64,000 bases of DNA from an uncultured Nitrososphaerota archaeon (GTDB taxonomy: Archaea; Thermoproteota; Nitrososphaeria; Nitrososphaerales; Gagatemarchaeaceae). The translations under genes and the position numbers were made by a program. Under the pieces are notes generated by a model, which saw only the letters and a list, made by a program, of their open reading frames with translations, was not told the DNA's origin and ran no database searches. This document shows positions 19,205 through 28,946 of this stretch, piece by piece. Every line of letters starts with the position of its first letter. Position 1 is the first letter of the stretch. The stretch covers positions 896,001-960,000 of the forward strand of contig CAVRAG010000008.1 of NCBI GenBank assembly GCA_963718895.1, read 5' to 3'.

Positions 19205-19502
19205 GTGGATCTCCCTCCGCGCTCAGCCACTAACCCAACGCTCTCCTTCAACAGGACCCCGCGTCCAAGCACCAGACTTCCCAAAGAATTGAGTGCGGGT
19301 TGCCCTAGTTTTCGCACTCGTCGGCAGGCTTCGAGACAGTCCGATTCGACGGCGCCGGGGAGTCTGTCTCGGGACGAAGCCCCCTGCAGACAAATCCCAT
19401 GGTTCGATTTCTCTACGGGGCATGAACTCGTCGCCGGCGACACGGTCTCGTCCCGAAACCGATATAAAACGGAGTTATGAACTTACGACAAGGTTCCATT
19501 TA

Positions 19503-20231
19503 GTGGGCGCAAAGATTCCAATCGGCATCGCCGGGCTGGACTCCATCCTCAGGGGCGGACTCCCGGAGGAGCGCGTGGTCCTCGTACTCGGCGAGCCCGG
19601 GACGGGAAAGACAATACTGTGCTCCCAGTTCCTCTACCACGGCGCATCCACGGGTGAAGGGAACGCCGTCTTCGTCGGGATGAACGAGCCGAAGTCGCGC
19701 TTCATCGCGGAGATGGCCCAGTTCGGGATGGACTTCGCCAGGCTGGAGTCTGCCGGGAGCTTTTCGTATGTCGACGCCACCGAGATCAGGCGGATACCCG
19801 AGCAGGCAAGGGTCGGGCGGATCCCGGTGGGCGGCAAGGAGCTGGGGGTGGTCAACCTCATCGACATGATCCAAGAGGCCGTCGAGAAGACCAAGCCCAA
19901 ACGGATAGTGGTCGACTCGATCTCAGACCTGATATTCCGATTCCCCCTCGTCGAGGAGCGCAGGCCGGTGGTCCTCGACATGGTCGAGACCCTGCAGTCC
20001 TCCGGGGCCACCTCGCTGCTCACGAGCGAGCTGCTGTCGACCGGGGACGAAAGAGCCCTGCAGCCGGAGGAATACCTCGCGGAAGGCGTGATACTGTTAC
20101 GGACCCTGAGGAAGGGCGTCAGAGCTCTCCAGGTCCCAAAGATGAGGGGCTCGGACGTCGACACGGCCCAGAGGCCCTATGCCATCAAGGACAGGGGCCT
20201 GGAGGTCTACGCGACGGAAGAGGTCTACTGA
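19503..20231 (+). CDS. KaiC/RAD55-like ATPase, intact motifs
   Basis: GEPGTGKT, IVVDSIS, KMRG. Confidence 0.9.
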   Translation: MGAKIPIGIAGLDSILRGGLPEERVVLVLGEPGTGKTILCSQFLYHGASTGEGNAVFVGMNEPKSRFIAEMAQFGMDFARLESAGSFSYVDATEIRRIPEQARVGRIPVGGKELGVVNLIDMIQEAVEKTKPKRIVVDSISDLIFRFPLVEERRPVVLDMVETLQSSGATSLLTSELLSTGDERALQPEEYLAEGVILLRTLRKGVRALQVPKMRGSDVDTAQRPYAIKDRGLEVYATEEVY

Positions 20232-20247
20232 GCCCCAGCGCGATGTG

Positions 20248-21036
20248 ATGCTCTTGGCGGCCATCGAATATTCGGACATCCCGGAACCGGTGCTGGCGGT
20301 CCTCAAGACTTCCAAGATCGGCTACCTCTCGGTCAAGTCGGAGAAGGGAGACCTGTACACCTATCCCGTCGCCTTCCTCTTCTCAGGGAAGCAGGTCTAC
20401 ACCATGACGCCCATAAGCGCGGCGAAGCTCAGGTTCATGAAGGCCAATCCGGGTGTCTCCTTCCTCGTCGAGAACAAGGGCCTGACTCTTGGGGCGGTCG
20501 GCGCGATGGTACAGGGAAACGCCAAGGTCTACAGCATCGCGAAGACCGTCTCCTCGATCCTGTCGATCGGTCCCAACATGGCCAAGTATGCCAAGAAGTA
20601 CCCGAGCCAATTCACGTTCTACGCACGCGGGAAGCACCTGCCCGACGAGAGGAAGCTCTACAAGTACAGGTTCATACGGATCCAGCCGACCAAGATCCTG
20701 TACTGGGTCGGGTACGAGTTCGGGCGCTACAAGGGGAAGGGTGCAAAGGAGGACGCGCTCGCCGGCGCGTCCGACGACGAGAAGATGGAGGCGTTCGCCA
20801 CCCTGATGAAAGGGGCGGACGAGGAGTTCGCAGCGGGGGAGGTCCCTCCACCGACCGGAGAGTGGGCGAGCAGGGTCGAGGAGGCGGTCGAGAACGGAAC
20901 CATCTCGGAAGAGGAGCGCCAGGCGATGGGTTCGTTCAGGGGCTTCCTGAGACAGGCGACCGAGCAGAGCAAGGTCGGGCACAAGGTCACGGATGATGAG
21001 AAGCGATTGCTGAAGAAGTGGAAGTCGGCTTCCTGA
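20248..21036 (+). CDS. Pyridoxamine 5'-phosphate oxidase-like FMN-binding protein with C-terminal extension
   Basis: IGYLSV...YPVAF...AAKLRFMKANPGVSFLV...VQGNA...IRIQPTKILYW. Confidence 0.75.
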   Translation: MLLAAIEYSDIPEPVLAVLKTSKIGYLSVKSEKGDLYTYPVAFLFSGKQVYTMTPISAAKLRFMKANPGVSFLVENKGLTLGAVGAMVQGNAKVYSIAKTVSSILSIGPNMAKYAKKYPSQFTFYARGKHLPDERKLYKYRFIRIQPTKILYWVGYEFGRYKGKGAKEDALAGASDDEKMEAFATLMKGADEEFAAGEVPPPTGEWASRVEEAVENGTISEEERQAMGSFRGFLRQATEQSKVGHKVTDDEKRLLKKWKSAS

Positions 21037-21364
21037 GTAGCAACGAGCACTCAACATCTTGGAAGGGCTCGCCCTGAAATCGTGTCGGAACTCGACCTGA
21101 TCCGCGGGTGGTTTGCATACGGCGCATGGGCTCGCCAAGAGCACCTCCAAGCCTTCTCCAAGCTGTCACCCTGCGGGCGCCGGGCTCTTACGCGCGAACT
21201 GGACCGGACCTTGCGGCCGCTCTGATAGGTCAGGACGACAATCCTCCCGCATCAGTGCACACGACGCCCGGTGACGGCGGCTAGGGTGCTGCGGAGGAGA
21301 GGAGCCCCGTTTGAAATGTCTGACCTTCTCCACCACGAGCGGAGCTGCACGGGAAACCAGGGCG

Positions 21365-21637
21365 CTAGAGAGCTGTCACGACCCAAAGGTAGCCGGCCAG
21401 GAGCGCGGCCACCGCGAGCACGGCCACGACGACCAGGAGCGTCCGCCTGCCGTGCCGCTGCCAGGACCTGCTCGGAGGGCCGTAGGTTATCCCCCTGTGC
21501 GGGCCCTCTATCTGCGCGACGAAGGACGGCACGTGAAGCGATTGGGCCACGTGCTTGTGCGTAGTCCCGCAGCGCTTGAGGTGCCTCTCGTAGTGGCTGT
21601 CGCTGATGAGCGTGCGGCACTTGGGGCAGACAGGCAT
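21365..21637 (-). CDS. Small Zn-finger protein with C-terminal TM helix
   Basis: CPKC...HYERHLKRC plus hydrophobic tail. Confidence 0.6.
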   Translation of the reverse strand: MPVCPKCRTLISDSHYERHLKRCGTTHKHVAQSLHVPSFVAQIEGPHRGITYGPPSRSWQRHGRRTLLVVVAVLAVAALLAGYLWVVTAL

Positions 21638-21840
21638 GGTTGAACTCCGTTCTTTTGGGGTCGAGGCCGCTGTTACGTGTTTCTGGCTTTCTCGAAGGAC
21701 GAGGCTCTGCGCTACCTTAGCGTCGCTTCGCTCTGGTCATACAACGACCTTGCGCGATGACGAACGAATAGGCCCATCGACCTTGTCCGAAAGGGGTGCG
21801 TGCGGGCTGGCTTAATACGGGGCAGCCGTTGATTGGAGAC

Positions 21841-22797
21841 GTGAAGAAGACCCCGACCGACTGGCTCCTCGAGGAGGACCAGCCTGCCGCCGGGTATCTC
21901 GCCCTGACACAGCTCCTGGGCAGGGGTGAGAGGGACCCGGACGTCGTCGCGGCCCGAGAGCAGATTCCCCGAAGGGGCTGGGCGGCGGAGATAATGGCCG
22001 CCCAGGAGCCGGAGGGCTGGTGGGTGAACGGCGAGAAGAGCCTCTACACCCCGAAGTATCTCTCGACCAACTGGATGCTCCTGATGCTCGCCGACCTCGG
22101 GATGACCAGGAGCGACCCCAGGATAGCGAAGGCCTCAGAGGTCTGGATCGAGCGGTTCTCGAGGCCGGACGGGGGTTTCGGGACCAGCGGGAAGAAGAGC
22201 CATCTGTGCGTGGTGGGGAACACGACGAGGGCGCTGGTCCAGTTCGGGTATGCGGACCACCCGAGGGTCGCCATGGCCTTCGAGTGGCTGGTGAAGAACG
22301 CGGCCGAGAAGGGAGGCTGGTCGTGCTTCGGGAGCAGGAGGAACCTGGACTCCTGGGAGCCCATGAGCGCCTTCGCCGTGTATCCCAGGCAGCGGTGGAC
22401 CAGGGGCATGAAGCTTGCGGTGGAGAAGGGTGCCGAGTTCTTTCTCGAGAGGGAGATGCACGTCCAGGGAGACCACTACGAGCCATGGTATCGCTTCCAC
22501 TACCCGGTCCACTACTACTACGACCTTCTCGTCGGCCTCGACTTCATGACAGCCCTGGGGTACGGCAATGACCCGAGGCTGGGCCACGCGACAGAGGTCC
22601 TCAAGAAGAAGAGGTCGAAGGACGGGAGATGGAACCTTGATGCGGTCCATCCCGACGCGGAGGGAGGGACGGCAGAATGGTACAGCAAGCACCCGACGCA
22701 GGCGCCCACCCCTTTCTCGCTCGAGAAGACCGGAGAGCCGAGCAAGATGATCACGCTGACGGCGCTCAGAGTGCTGAATCGGCTCGGGGGAGATTGA
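21841..22797 (+). CDS. Prenyltransferase/squalene-cyclase repeat (alpha/alpha barrel) protein
   Basis: AQEPEGWW, YTPKY, RPDGGF, EKGGWSC, KDGRWNL repeats; GEPSKMITL. Confidence 0.75.
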   Translation: MKKTPTDWLLEEDQPAAGYLALTQLLGRGERDPDVVAAREQIPRRGWAAEIMAAQEPEGWWVNGEKSLYTPKYLSTNWMLLMLADLGMTRSDPRIAKASEVWIERFSRPDGGFGTSGKKSHLCVVGNTTRALVQFGYADHPRVAMAFEWLVKNAAEKGGWSCFGSRRNLDSWEPMSAFAVYPRQRWTRGMKLAVEKGAEFFLEREMHVQGDHYEPWYRFHYPVHYYYDLLVGLDFMTALGYGNDPRLGHATEVLKKKRSKDGRWNLDAVHPDAEGGTAEWYSKHPTQAPTPFSLEKTGEPSKMITLTALRVLNRLGGD

Positions 22798-22861
22798 TGA
22801 CGTCAGGCGGGCATCGAAGTGAATGTCTAGGCTCCAGGTCCTGTCCAGTCAACTGGTGACC

Positions 22862-23059
22862 TTAGACCCGCCTCACGCGGGACGGTGACGATGCCGGAGA
22901 CCTACGATCATGATGCCGACCAGCTCGCCCTTCCTCGTCCGCATGATGACGCCGTCCTGAGGCTCGATTGAGTCGTCCCGCCTCTCTGGGCTTGCCGAGC
23001 GAGATGTAGAGGACGTCGCCCTTCTCGTCGTAGTCTATGTCCAGCTTGTCGGGCTTCAT
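22862..23059 (-). pseudogene. DUF2283 antitoxin (frameshifted), preceded by a toxin C-terminal remnant (~23060..23125)
   Basis: DYDEKGDVLYISLG...GELVGIMIVG; upstream ITAHFTSDLKRIKGELIWKD*. Confidence 0.7.
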
Positions 23060-23250
23060 GACTAATCCTTCCATATCAGTTCACCCTTGATCCTCTTCAG
23101 ATCGGAAGTGAAGTGCGCTGTTATCATAGCCTTGTGCCTGTTCCTCTCCCTGTAAACCGCGACGAGGTATTTTGGCCCTGGATGCGTCTACTCGAAGAAT
23201 CTGACGCTTACCTCTCCTCCTCCGTGGCTCTTAAATATGTGCATGCGCTT

Positions 23251-23487
23251 GTGCACACATCAACGACCAAAGTCATCAGCCTCTCCAACGAGGCCTACGG
23301 CGAGCTCAAGAAACGGAAGGCGGCGGGAGAGTCGTTCTCGGACGTGGTCCTCAAGATCGTGAAGGGAAAGAGGTCAGAGTCGATTATGGAGCTCGCCGGG
23401 ACCTGGGCGGGGGGCGACGCCGACGAGGTGATAATGCGGTTGTCGAAGCAGCGTAGCGCCACCAAGCCCAGGGAGTTCGGCGCCTAG
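23251..23487 (+). CDS. VapB-like antitoxin (DUF217/UPF0330)
   Basis: TKVISLSNEAYGELKKRK..GESFSDVV...LAGTW. Confidence 0.85.
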   Translation: MHTSTTKVISLSNEAYGELKKRKAAGESFSDVVLKIVKGKRSESIMELAGTWAGGDADEVIMRLSKQRSATKPREFGA

Positions 23488-23560
23488 TTGGTCTGTCTCG
23501 ACTCGGACCTGCTGATCTCGTTCCTCCGCGGCCAACCGGCGGCGAAGTGGACTAGGCCCG
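23488..23560 (+). pseudogene. VapC N-terminal remnant
   Basis: MVCLDSDLLISFLRG, then truncated. Confidence 0.7.
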
Positions 23561-23691
23561 TGATCGCCCCGTCCCCGGTGCTCGTGTCCGTGATGACGAC
23601 GGAGAGCGAGGAGGCGTTGTCGGTCTTCGCGCCCGCCATTCGGACAAAGGTGTATTAGTCGAGAATCGGGCCGATTTCAAGGGAGAGCAGA

Positions 23692-24684
23692 TTGCACCAG
23701 AGCCTGGGAAGGAGAAGGACGCTCCTGGCGCTGGCCGTCCTGGTACTCGTCGCCGCGGGCGCCGCGGCCGCCTACGCGTACCTTGTGGTGTACCAGCCGG
23801 GAGCATCCAGGCCGCAGGGCGCTCTCTGGTCCAAGACCTTCGACTACACCCCCGGAGTCAAGATCTGGTCGGCCGACGATGACGGGATCGGGCAGGTCGT
23901 CGTCTCGCAGGACGACTCGACCATCCTGGTCGGCACCGGGCAGGCGATAGGCAACGGGAGCATCTACGCGTACGGCGAGAGCGGGACGATGCTGTGGAGC
24001 CACCAGCTCGACCGCTCCGTCTCGTCGATACGCACCTACGCCAACGGCTCGGTCATAGTCGTCAGCGGTTACGAGATCAGGCAGAATCCGGCGGGGACCT
24101 ACGAGAACCCTGCCCTCTTCGTCTTCGACGGGCGGGGCGCGGAGCTGTGGAACCAGAGCTTCGCCGGGCAGTCGGTGGACGCACAGGTCTCCTCCAACGG
24201 TTCGAGGCTAGCGGTCGCGACCGATGCGGCGCTGCTCTTCATGAACGACCAGGGGAACGTGATCTGGAGTTTCGCCCTTGGGGCCCGGGGAAGCTTCGAG
24301 GGCTTGGCGATGTCGCCCGACGCGAGCAGCGTGACCGTCGCCGTGTACTACTCTCCGGCGAGCAACATCTCGCAGACCGTCTCCCGGTCCCTAATCGTGT
24401 TCAACTCGATTGGAAGGGTCGTCTCCAATCGGACGACGACCGGTACGCTGACGAATCCTCCTCCCGGCATCACCAGCGACCTGACCTCGACAGCGAGCGC
24501 GTCCGAAGCCTCGTCGACGACGGGCCAATCCTGCGCGCCCGCTACCTTCTGGAACGGCGATGGTGTCCCGTCTGAGAACTTCCTCTCGCCGGACGGCCAC
24601 TATGCCATGGTCGTCTCCAATTGGGACAGTCGCGCGACCATGTTCTTCGTGGAGCTCCAGAAGAACGGCCTGAACTGCACCTGA
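23692..24684 (+). CDS. Membrane-anchored PQQ/WD40-like beta-propeller protein
   Basis: N-terminal TM; repeats G..LWS, AMSPDA, VSSNG. Confidence 0.75.
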   Translation: MHQSLGRRRTLLALAVLVLVAAGAAAAYAYLVVYQPGASRPQGALWSKTFDYTPGVKIWSADDDGIGQVVVSQDDSTILVGTGQAIGNGSIYAYGESGTMLWSHQLDRSVSSIRTYANGSVIVVSGYEIRQNPAGTYENPALFVFDGRGAELWNQSFAGQSVDAQVSSNGSRLAVATDAALLFMNDQGNVIWSFALGARGSFEGLAMSPDASSVTVAVYYSPASNISQTVSRSLIVFNSIGRVVSNRTTTGTLTNPPPGITSDLTSTASASEASSTTGQSCAPATFWNGDGVPSENFLSPDGHYAMVVSNWDSRATMFFVELQKNGLNCT

Positions 24685-25132
24685 ATGCGCTTCAGCTGGG
24701 ACCCCTAATCTCTGCCTCCAGCGGGCTCCTCTCCGAGGGTGAACGGCGGCTCGAACGGAAGGGTCCTCTGCGACGATTGACCACGAACGCGGACTTCCTG
24801 AATTTCCTCTCGAAGGCCCCGCGTGCGGCTGCTGCGTGGTTGAGGCTAGGCCGACCGGACGGCCCGTAGTCGGGTGGCACGGGAGGGTCACTGACCGGCG
24901 GGGCAGCAGAGAACGGCACCGGCCAGGACGGACGCGGTGGGAGAGCCCGGAGGTCCACCGTGAAGTTCAGCTCGTCGACCCGGCCCCAGGGGCCGAGGGC
25001 GGCTATCATGCAGCAGCCAAGACTGGACTTGCTGCCCGAAGATGCGTGCGCGCAAAGCGTGCTCCCTGCATTAACAACATGTCAGAACAATTCAGCTAAA
25101 GACGTATCATGACTTAGAACCACCAAACTGCC

Positions 25133-25306
25133 ATGAACCCCATCAGCAAGCCAAGGCGGAAACAGATCAGGGGAAGAGTGCGCGAGAAGATCGGCGGGAT
25201 GACAGGCAATCGGAAGCAGCAGATATCTGGCAGGATGGAACGATACGAGGGGACGGCTCGCCTTGAGGTAGGGAGGGTCGCCAAGAAGATCAAAAGGCGA
25301 CTCTAG
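25133..25306 (+). CDS. CsbD-like small protein (57 aa, not in ORF track)
   Basis: QIRGRVREKIGGMTGNRKQQISGRMERYEG. Confidence 0.65.
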   Translation: MNPISKPRRKQIRGRVREKIGGMTGNRKQQISGRMERYEGTARLEVGRVAKKIKRRL

Positions 25307-25462
25307 TCAGAATTCGTATTTCCGCTACTCCAACCTCCTCTACGGAACTCGACGAACTCCCTTGACTACGCACGGATGGACTTGAAATTCATCCACCCAG
25401 CCGCGAATCGAGCGCGGAGAGCTAGCTACCGGCCGTGACTCCGACCCTAAACGGCATCGCGC

Positions 25463-26164
25463 CTATCCGAACGGCAGGTACACCACGCCAATCCCCTGGA
25501 CCGACACGCCGACCGGCGCGAACGGGAGGAATGGACAAGAGGGCGCCGCGATGGGGGCGAAATCGGACGCGTTGACCTGGGAGTATCCCACCGCCATCGG
25601 CATCCCGCTGCAGCGCTCATAGGGCGCCGAGCGGTCGTAGAACCCCGTCGAGCTGCCCAGGGCGGTGACCGTGTACACCATCGAGACGTAGTCCATGGTC
25701 GGCGTCGGGATGATCGAGGCGGGGGAGGCTGTGATGACGAAGGAGTGCGAGACGGTCTCGGCGCAGTAGGTCCCTGTCCCTCCTCCGCTCGCCGTGCAGC
25801 TCTCGGTCCCTATGGAGAGCTCGAACGGGTAGATGCCGTTCACGAAGTACTGCTTCTGGTACAGGCTTGAGTTCCCCTCCCAGACCGACTGGTAGGTCAC
25901 GCAGATGTATCCGGTCGAGCCGGGCTGCATCAGGAGCACTGGGACGTTCTCCATGGTCATGGCGGTCCTGCTGTTGTACACGTCTTCGCTGCAGGACTGG
26001 GGTACGCTGGTCGTGACGGTCTCCGAGCTCGTCGACGGACCTGTCGACCGCGGGGCGGCCGTTCCGGAGTAGGACGACGCGGCGATGGCCGCTCCTATGA
26101 CCGCCGCGGCCACGACCAGGGCTATGACCGGACGGGCAAAGCCCCTGACCGGTCGATCGCTCAT
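25463..26164 (-). CDS. Secreted/membrane-anchored hypothetical protein
   Basis: N-terminal hydrophobic helix, S/T linker, several Cys. Confidence 0.7.
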   Translation of the reverse strand: MSDRPVRGFARPVIALVVAAAVIGAAIAASSYSGTAAPRSTGPSTSSETVTTSVPQSCSEDVYNSRTAMTMENVPVLLMQPGSTGYICVTYQSVWEGNSSLYQKQYFVNGIYPFELSIGTESCTASGGGTGTYCAETVSHSFVITASPASIIPTPTMDYVSMVYTVTALGSSTGFYDRSAPYERCSGMPMAVGYSQVNASDFAPIAAPSCPFLPFAPVGVSVQGIGVVYLPFG

Positions 26165-26260
26165 CCGTTCCTAGCCTTCTGGACATTCGGCGCAGCTACG
26201 TGATTAATAGTTTTGTCCCAGCGGGGCCCGGTCACGAGAAGGCAACGCGTGAGGTGACGA

Positions 26261-26488
26261 CTAGCCGTAAATGATGGTGGTCGCGCTGAGCCAGAGCAGG
26301 AGCGTCCCGAGGATGAGCAGGAAGGGAGACCCGAGGACCAGCGTCCTCTTCTCAACCTGGCCCCTTCGCAGGAGCGCGACCACGGAGACCAGCAGCGAGA
26401 ACTCGATCACGAGCAGCTCCGCCTCCAGGAGCCCCTTCAGGAGGGCGCTTCTTGAGACGATTTCGACCGTCCCGAGGGTCGTGAGCAT
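26261..26488 (-). CDS. Small membrane protein
   Basis: 2-3 hydrophobic segments; start uncertain. Confidence 0.45.
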   Translation of the reverse strand: MLTTLGTVEIVSRSALLKGLLEAELLVIEFSLLVSVVALLRRGQVEKRTLVLGSPFLLILGTLLLWLSATTIIYG

Positions 26489-26683
26489 CGTCGCTGCGGC
26501 CGTCGCGATGGCTGCCGCAATCAGGTTGTAGTTTGCTTCGTGAGGGGTCAGTTCGTCGCTGGCCGACGTTGCGCGGAAGACAGGATTCCAGGGGGTAAAT
26601 GTAAGCCGTTCGGTCTCGACCAGAGATTGGAAGGAAACGGTGGCATGGTGCGCCCCCGGTCGAGACCAGAGGATGCTTATAGG

Positions 26684-28822
26684 CAGGCGCTGTTCCATTC
26701 TCGGCTCGAGAGCCTGTTATCGAGACTCCGGGGTCGGACGGTCATCCTCATCGCGCTGCTCATCGTCGTGCCTTTCGCCGCGATATCAACAGCCCTGCCG
26801 GCCCATGCCGGAGGGTCGGGCCCGGTCTGCCCGGCGGGGACGTCCTACGACTCTGTGGCAGGCGACTGCAGTGGGTCGGCCACCTGCCCGGCGGGCTTCG
26901 TGAACACGGGCCCCAAGTGCGAAGGGTACGCCACCGGGTACTGTCCCTCAGGATATTCCTATGAGGCGGTCTTCGATTCTTGCGTCACTTGCCCGACCGG
27001 CACGAACTTCAACCCGCTGGCTGGCAACTTCTGCTCGGCACCCCCCATCTGTCCGCCCGGCTTCGCGAACATAGGCCCCAAGTGCGAGGGCTATGGCACC
27101 GGATACTGTCCGTCGGGCTACTCCTACGAGGCGGTCTTCGACTCCTGCGTCACATGCCCTGCGGGGACGAACTTCGATCCTTCAGCCGGCAACTTCTGCG
27201 CAACGCCCGCCATCTGTCCACCCGGAACGACCCTCACGGGGTCGACATGTTCAGACGGGTCCAAGCCGACGTGCCCCACCGGCACAGGTACGACGTTCAA
27301 CACGACCTACGACGATTGCAGTTTACCCTCTACCACGACGCCCTACCTGTGCGAGGCAGGAACGTACAACGACAGTGGGCGGTCCTGCCAGTCCATACCG
27401 ACCTGTCCAGCAGGCACGGCCTTCGACACGACCTACGACGTGTGCAGCGTACCGTCCACGACGACTCCCTATCTGTGCGAGGCGGGGACATACAACGACA
27501 GCGGGAGGGCCTGCCAGTCCATACCTGCTTGCCCCTCGGGGACGAGCCTCACCGCTCCTTCGTATCTCTGCATCGCCGGGGCATCTTTCCCATGCCTCGT
27601 AACCTCGGCCCTCGGCACATTGAGCATATGCACGGTGATCGGCCAGCCGGACCTGACTGCCCTGGCCGCCGGTAAACCCCCCAGTGCCACCTCGATCGGC
27701 AATCCGACGGCGGTCGCCCTTGACTCCAAGGGAGACCTCTGGGTCGTCGACAACAGCAATGCTCGGGTCCTGGAGTACAAGCCTCCCTTCTCGACAGACG
27801 AGGCCGCCAGCCTGGTCATTGGCCAGACGAGCCTCACCGGGTCGGGGGACTCGTCGCCGGCAGGGAGCCTTTACGGCCCCACGGGCCTCGCGTTTGACTC
27901 GGCCGGGAACCTATGGGTGGTCGACACGGGCAACGACAGGGTCCTCGAGTTCAAGGCCCCGTTCTCCGACGGGGAGATGGCGTCCCTCGTCCTGGGGCAA
28001 CCCACCTTCGGCGGGTACATCGGGCAGACGACCGCCGCGGGTATGAACTCCCCCTCCTATCTTGCGTTCGACCCGAGCGGGAACCTGTGGGTAACCGACC
28101 AGGGCAACAACAGGGTGCTCGAGTTCACGACCCCCTTCTCGATCGGCCAGAAGGCATCGGTGGTCCTCGGCCAGTCGAACTTCACCTCGCTCGCCCCGGC
28201 ATCGGGCGCGAAAGGCCTGTTCGAGCCCCTCGGGATCGGGTTCGACTCGAAGGGAGACCTGTGGGTGGTCGACAGCGCGAACCACCGCATCCTCGAATAT
28301 GGCGCCCCGTTCTCGACCGATGAATCCGCCAGCGTCGTCATCGGCCAGCCCGACTTCAGCGGAGGGGCCGGGAGCGCCACGGGGAGCAATGTCTATGCAA
28401 TCACGTTCGACTCGGGCGGCAACCTCTGGGTCTCGGACGGGATTAACGGGGTCGCGGAGTACGCGGCTCCCCTGTCGACTGCCGAGATAGGCAGCCAGAT
28501 GATAGGCCCGAAGACCGTCACGGGCAACGGCACGACGCCGGGCTCCAGGCTGAGCGACCCTCAGGGCCTCGCGTTCGACTCGGGCGGCAACCTCTGGATT
28601 GCGGACTACGGACACGGGAGGGTCCTGGAGTACGGCAGTGGCGCCCCATCCTCCACAACATCCAGTTCGTCCTCGTCGACCACATCCTCAGGCACATCTG
28701 GGGGAGGAGTGCCGGTCTTCCCCTACCAACCCGTCATTGCGGCGACCTTCACCGTCCTTCTGGTAGCCTCCTACCTGCTCATCCGCCGCCGCACAGGGCC
28801 GTGGGACCACGGTCCTCGCTGA
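26684..28822 (+). CDS. Cell-surface protein: Cys-rich repeats + NHL beta-propeller + PEF-CTERM-like anchor
   Basis: Signal helix; CPxG repeats; repeated P.GLAFD.SGNLWV.D..N.RVLE; VPVFP-TM-RRR tail. Confidence 0.88.
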   Translation, partial: QALFHSRLESLLSRLRGRTVILIALLIVVPFAAISTALPAHAGGSGPVCPAGTSYDSVAGDCSGSATCPAGFVNTGPKCEGYATGYCPSGYSYEAVFDSCVTCPTGTNFNPLAGNFCSAPPICPPGFANIGPKCEGYGTGYCPSGYSYEAVFDSCVTCPAGTNFDPSAGNFCATPAICPPGTTLTGSTCSDGSKPTCPTGTGTTFNTTYDDCSLPSTTTPYLCEAGTYNDSGRSCQSIPTCPAGTAFDTTYDVCSVPSTTTPYLCEAGTYNDSGRACQSIPACPSGTSLTAPSYLCIAGASFPCLVTSALGTLSICTVIGQPDLTALAAGKPPSATSIGNPTAVALDSKGDLWVVDNSNARVLEYKPPFSTDEAASLVIGQTSLTGSGDSSPAGSLYGPTGLAFDSAGNLWVVDTGNDRVLEFKAPFSDGEMASLVLGQPTFGGYIGQTTAAGMNSPSYLAFDPSGNLWVTDQGNNRVLEFTTPFSIGQKASVVLGQSNFTSLAPASGAKGLFEPLGIGFDSKGDLWVVDSANHRILEYGAPFSTDESASVVIGQPDFSGGAGSATGSNVYAITFDSGGNLWVSDGINGVAEYAAPLSTAEIGSQMIGPKTVTGNGTTPGSRLSDPQGLAFDSGGNLWIADYGHGRVLEYGSGAPSSTTSSSSSSTTSSGTSGGGVPVFPYQPVIAATFTVLLVASYLLIRRRTGPWDHGPR
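26885..27531 (+). repeat. Intragenic tandem repeats (2 x 165 bp; 2 x ~130 bp)
   Basis: GPKCEGY.TGYCPSGYSYEAVFDSCVTCP twice; TTYD.CS.PSTTTPYLCEAGTYNDSGR.CQSIP twice. Confidence 0.9.
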
Positions 28823-28946
28823 GGGACAGGTCCTCCAGGACGGGAGGTCCCTCTCGCCGAGGCGTCCGCTCCCCTCTCTTTCTCCCACCGTAAGAAAGGG
28901 GGTCCAGCTTAACTACAAGTGGCCTCAAGGACACTCCAGACACACT

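Noticed and set aside
16147-20231. Circadian clock
   Set aside because: Single-domain KaiC-like proteins with no kaiA/kaiB
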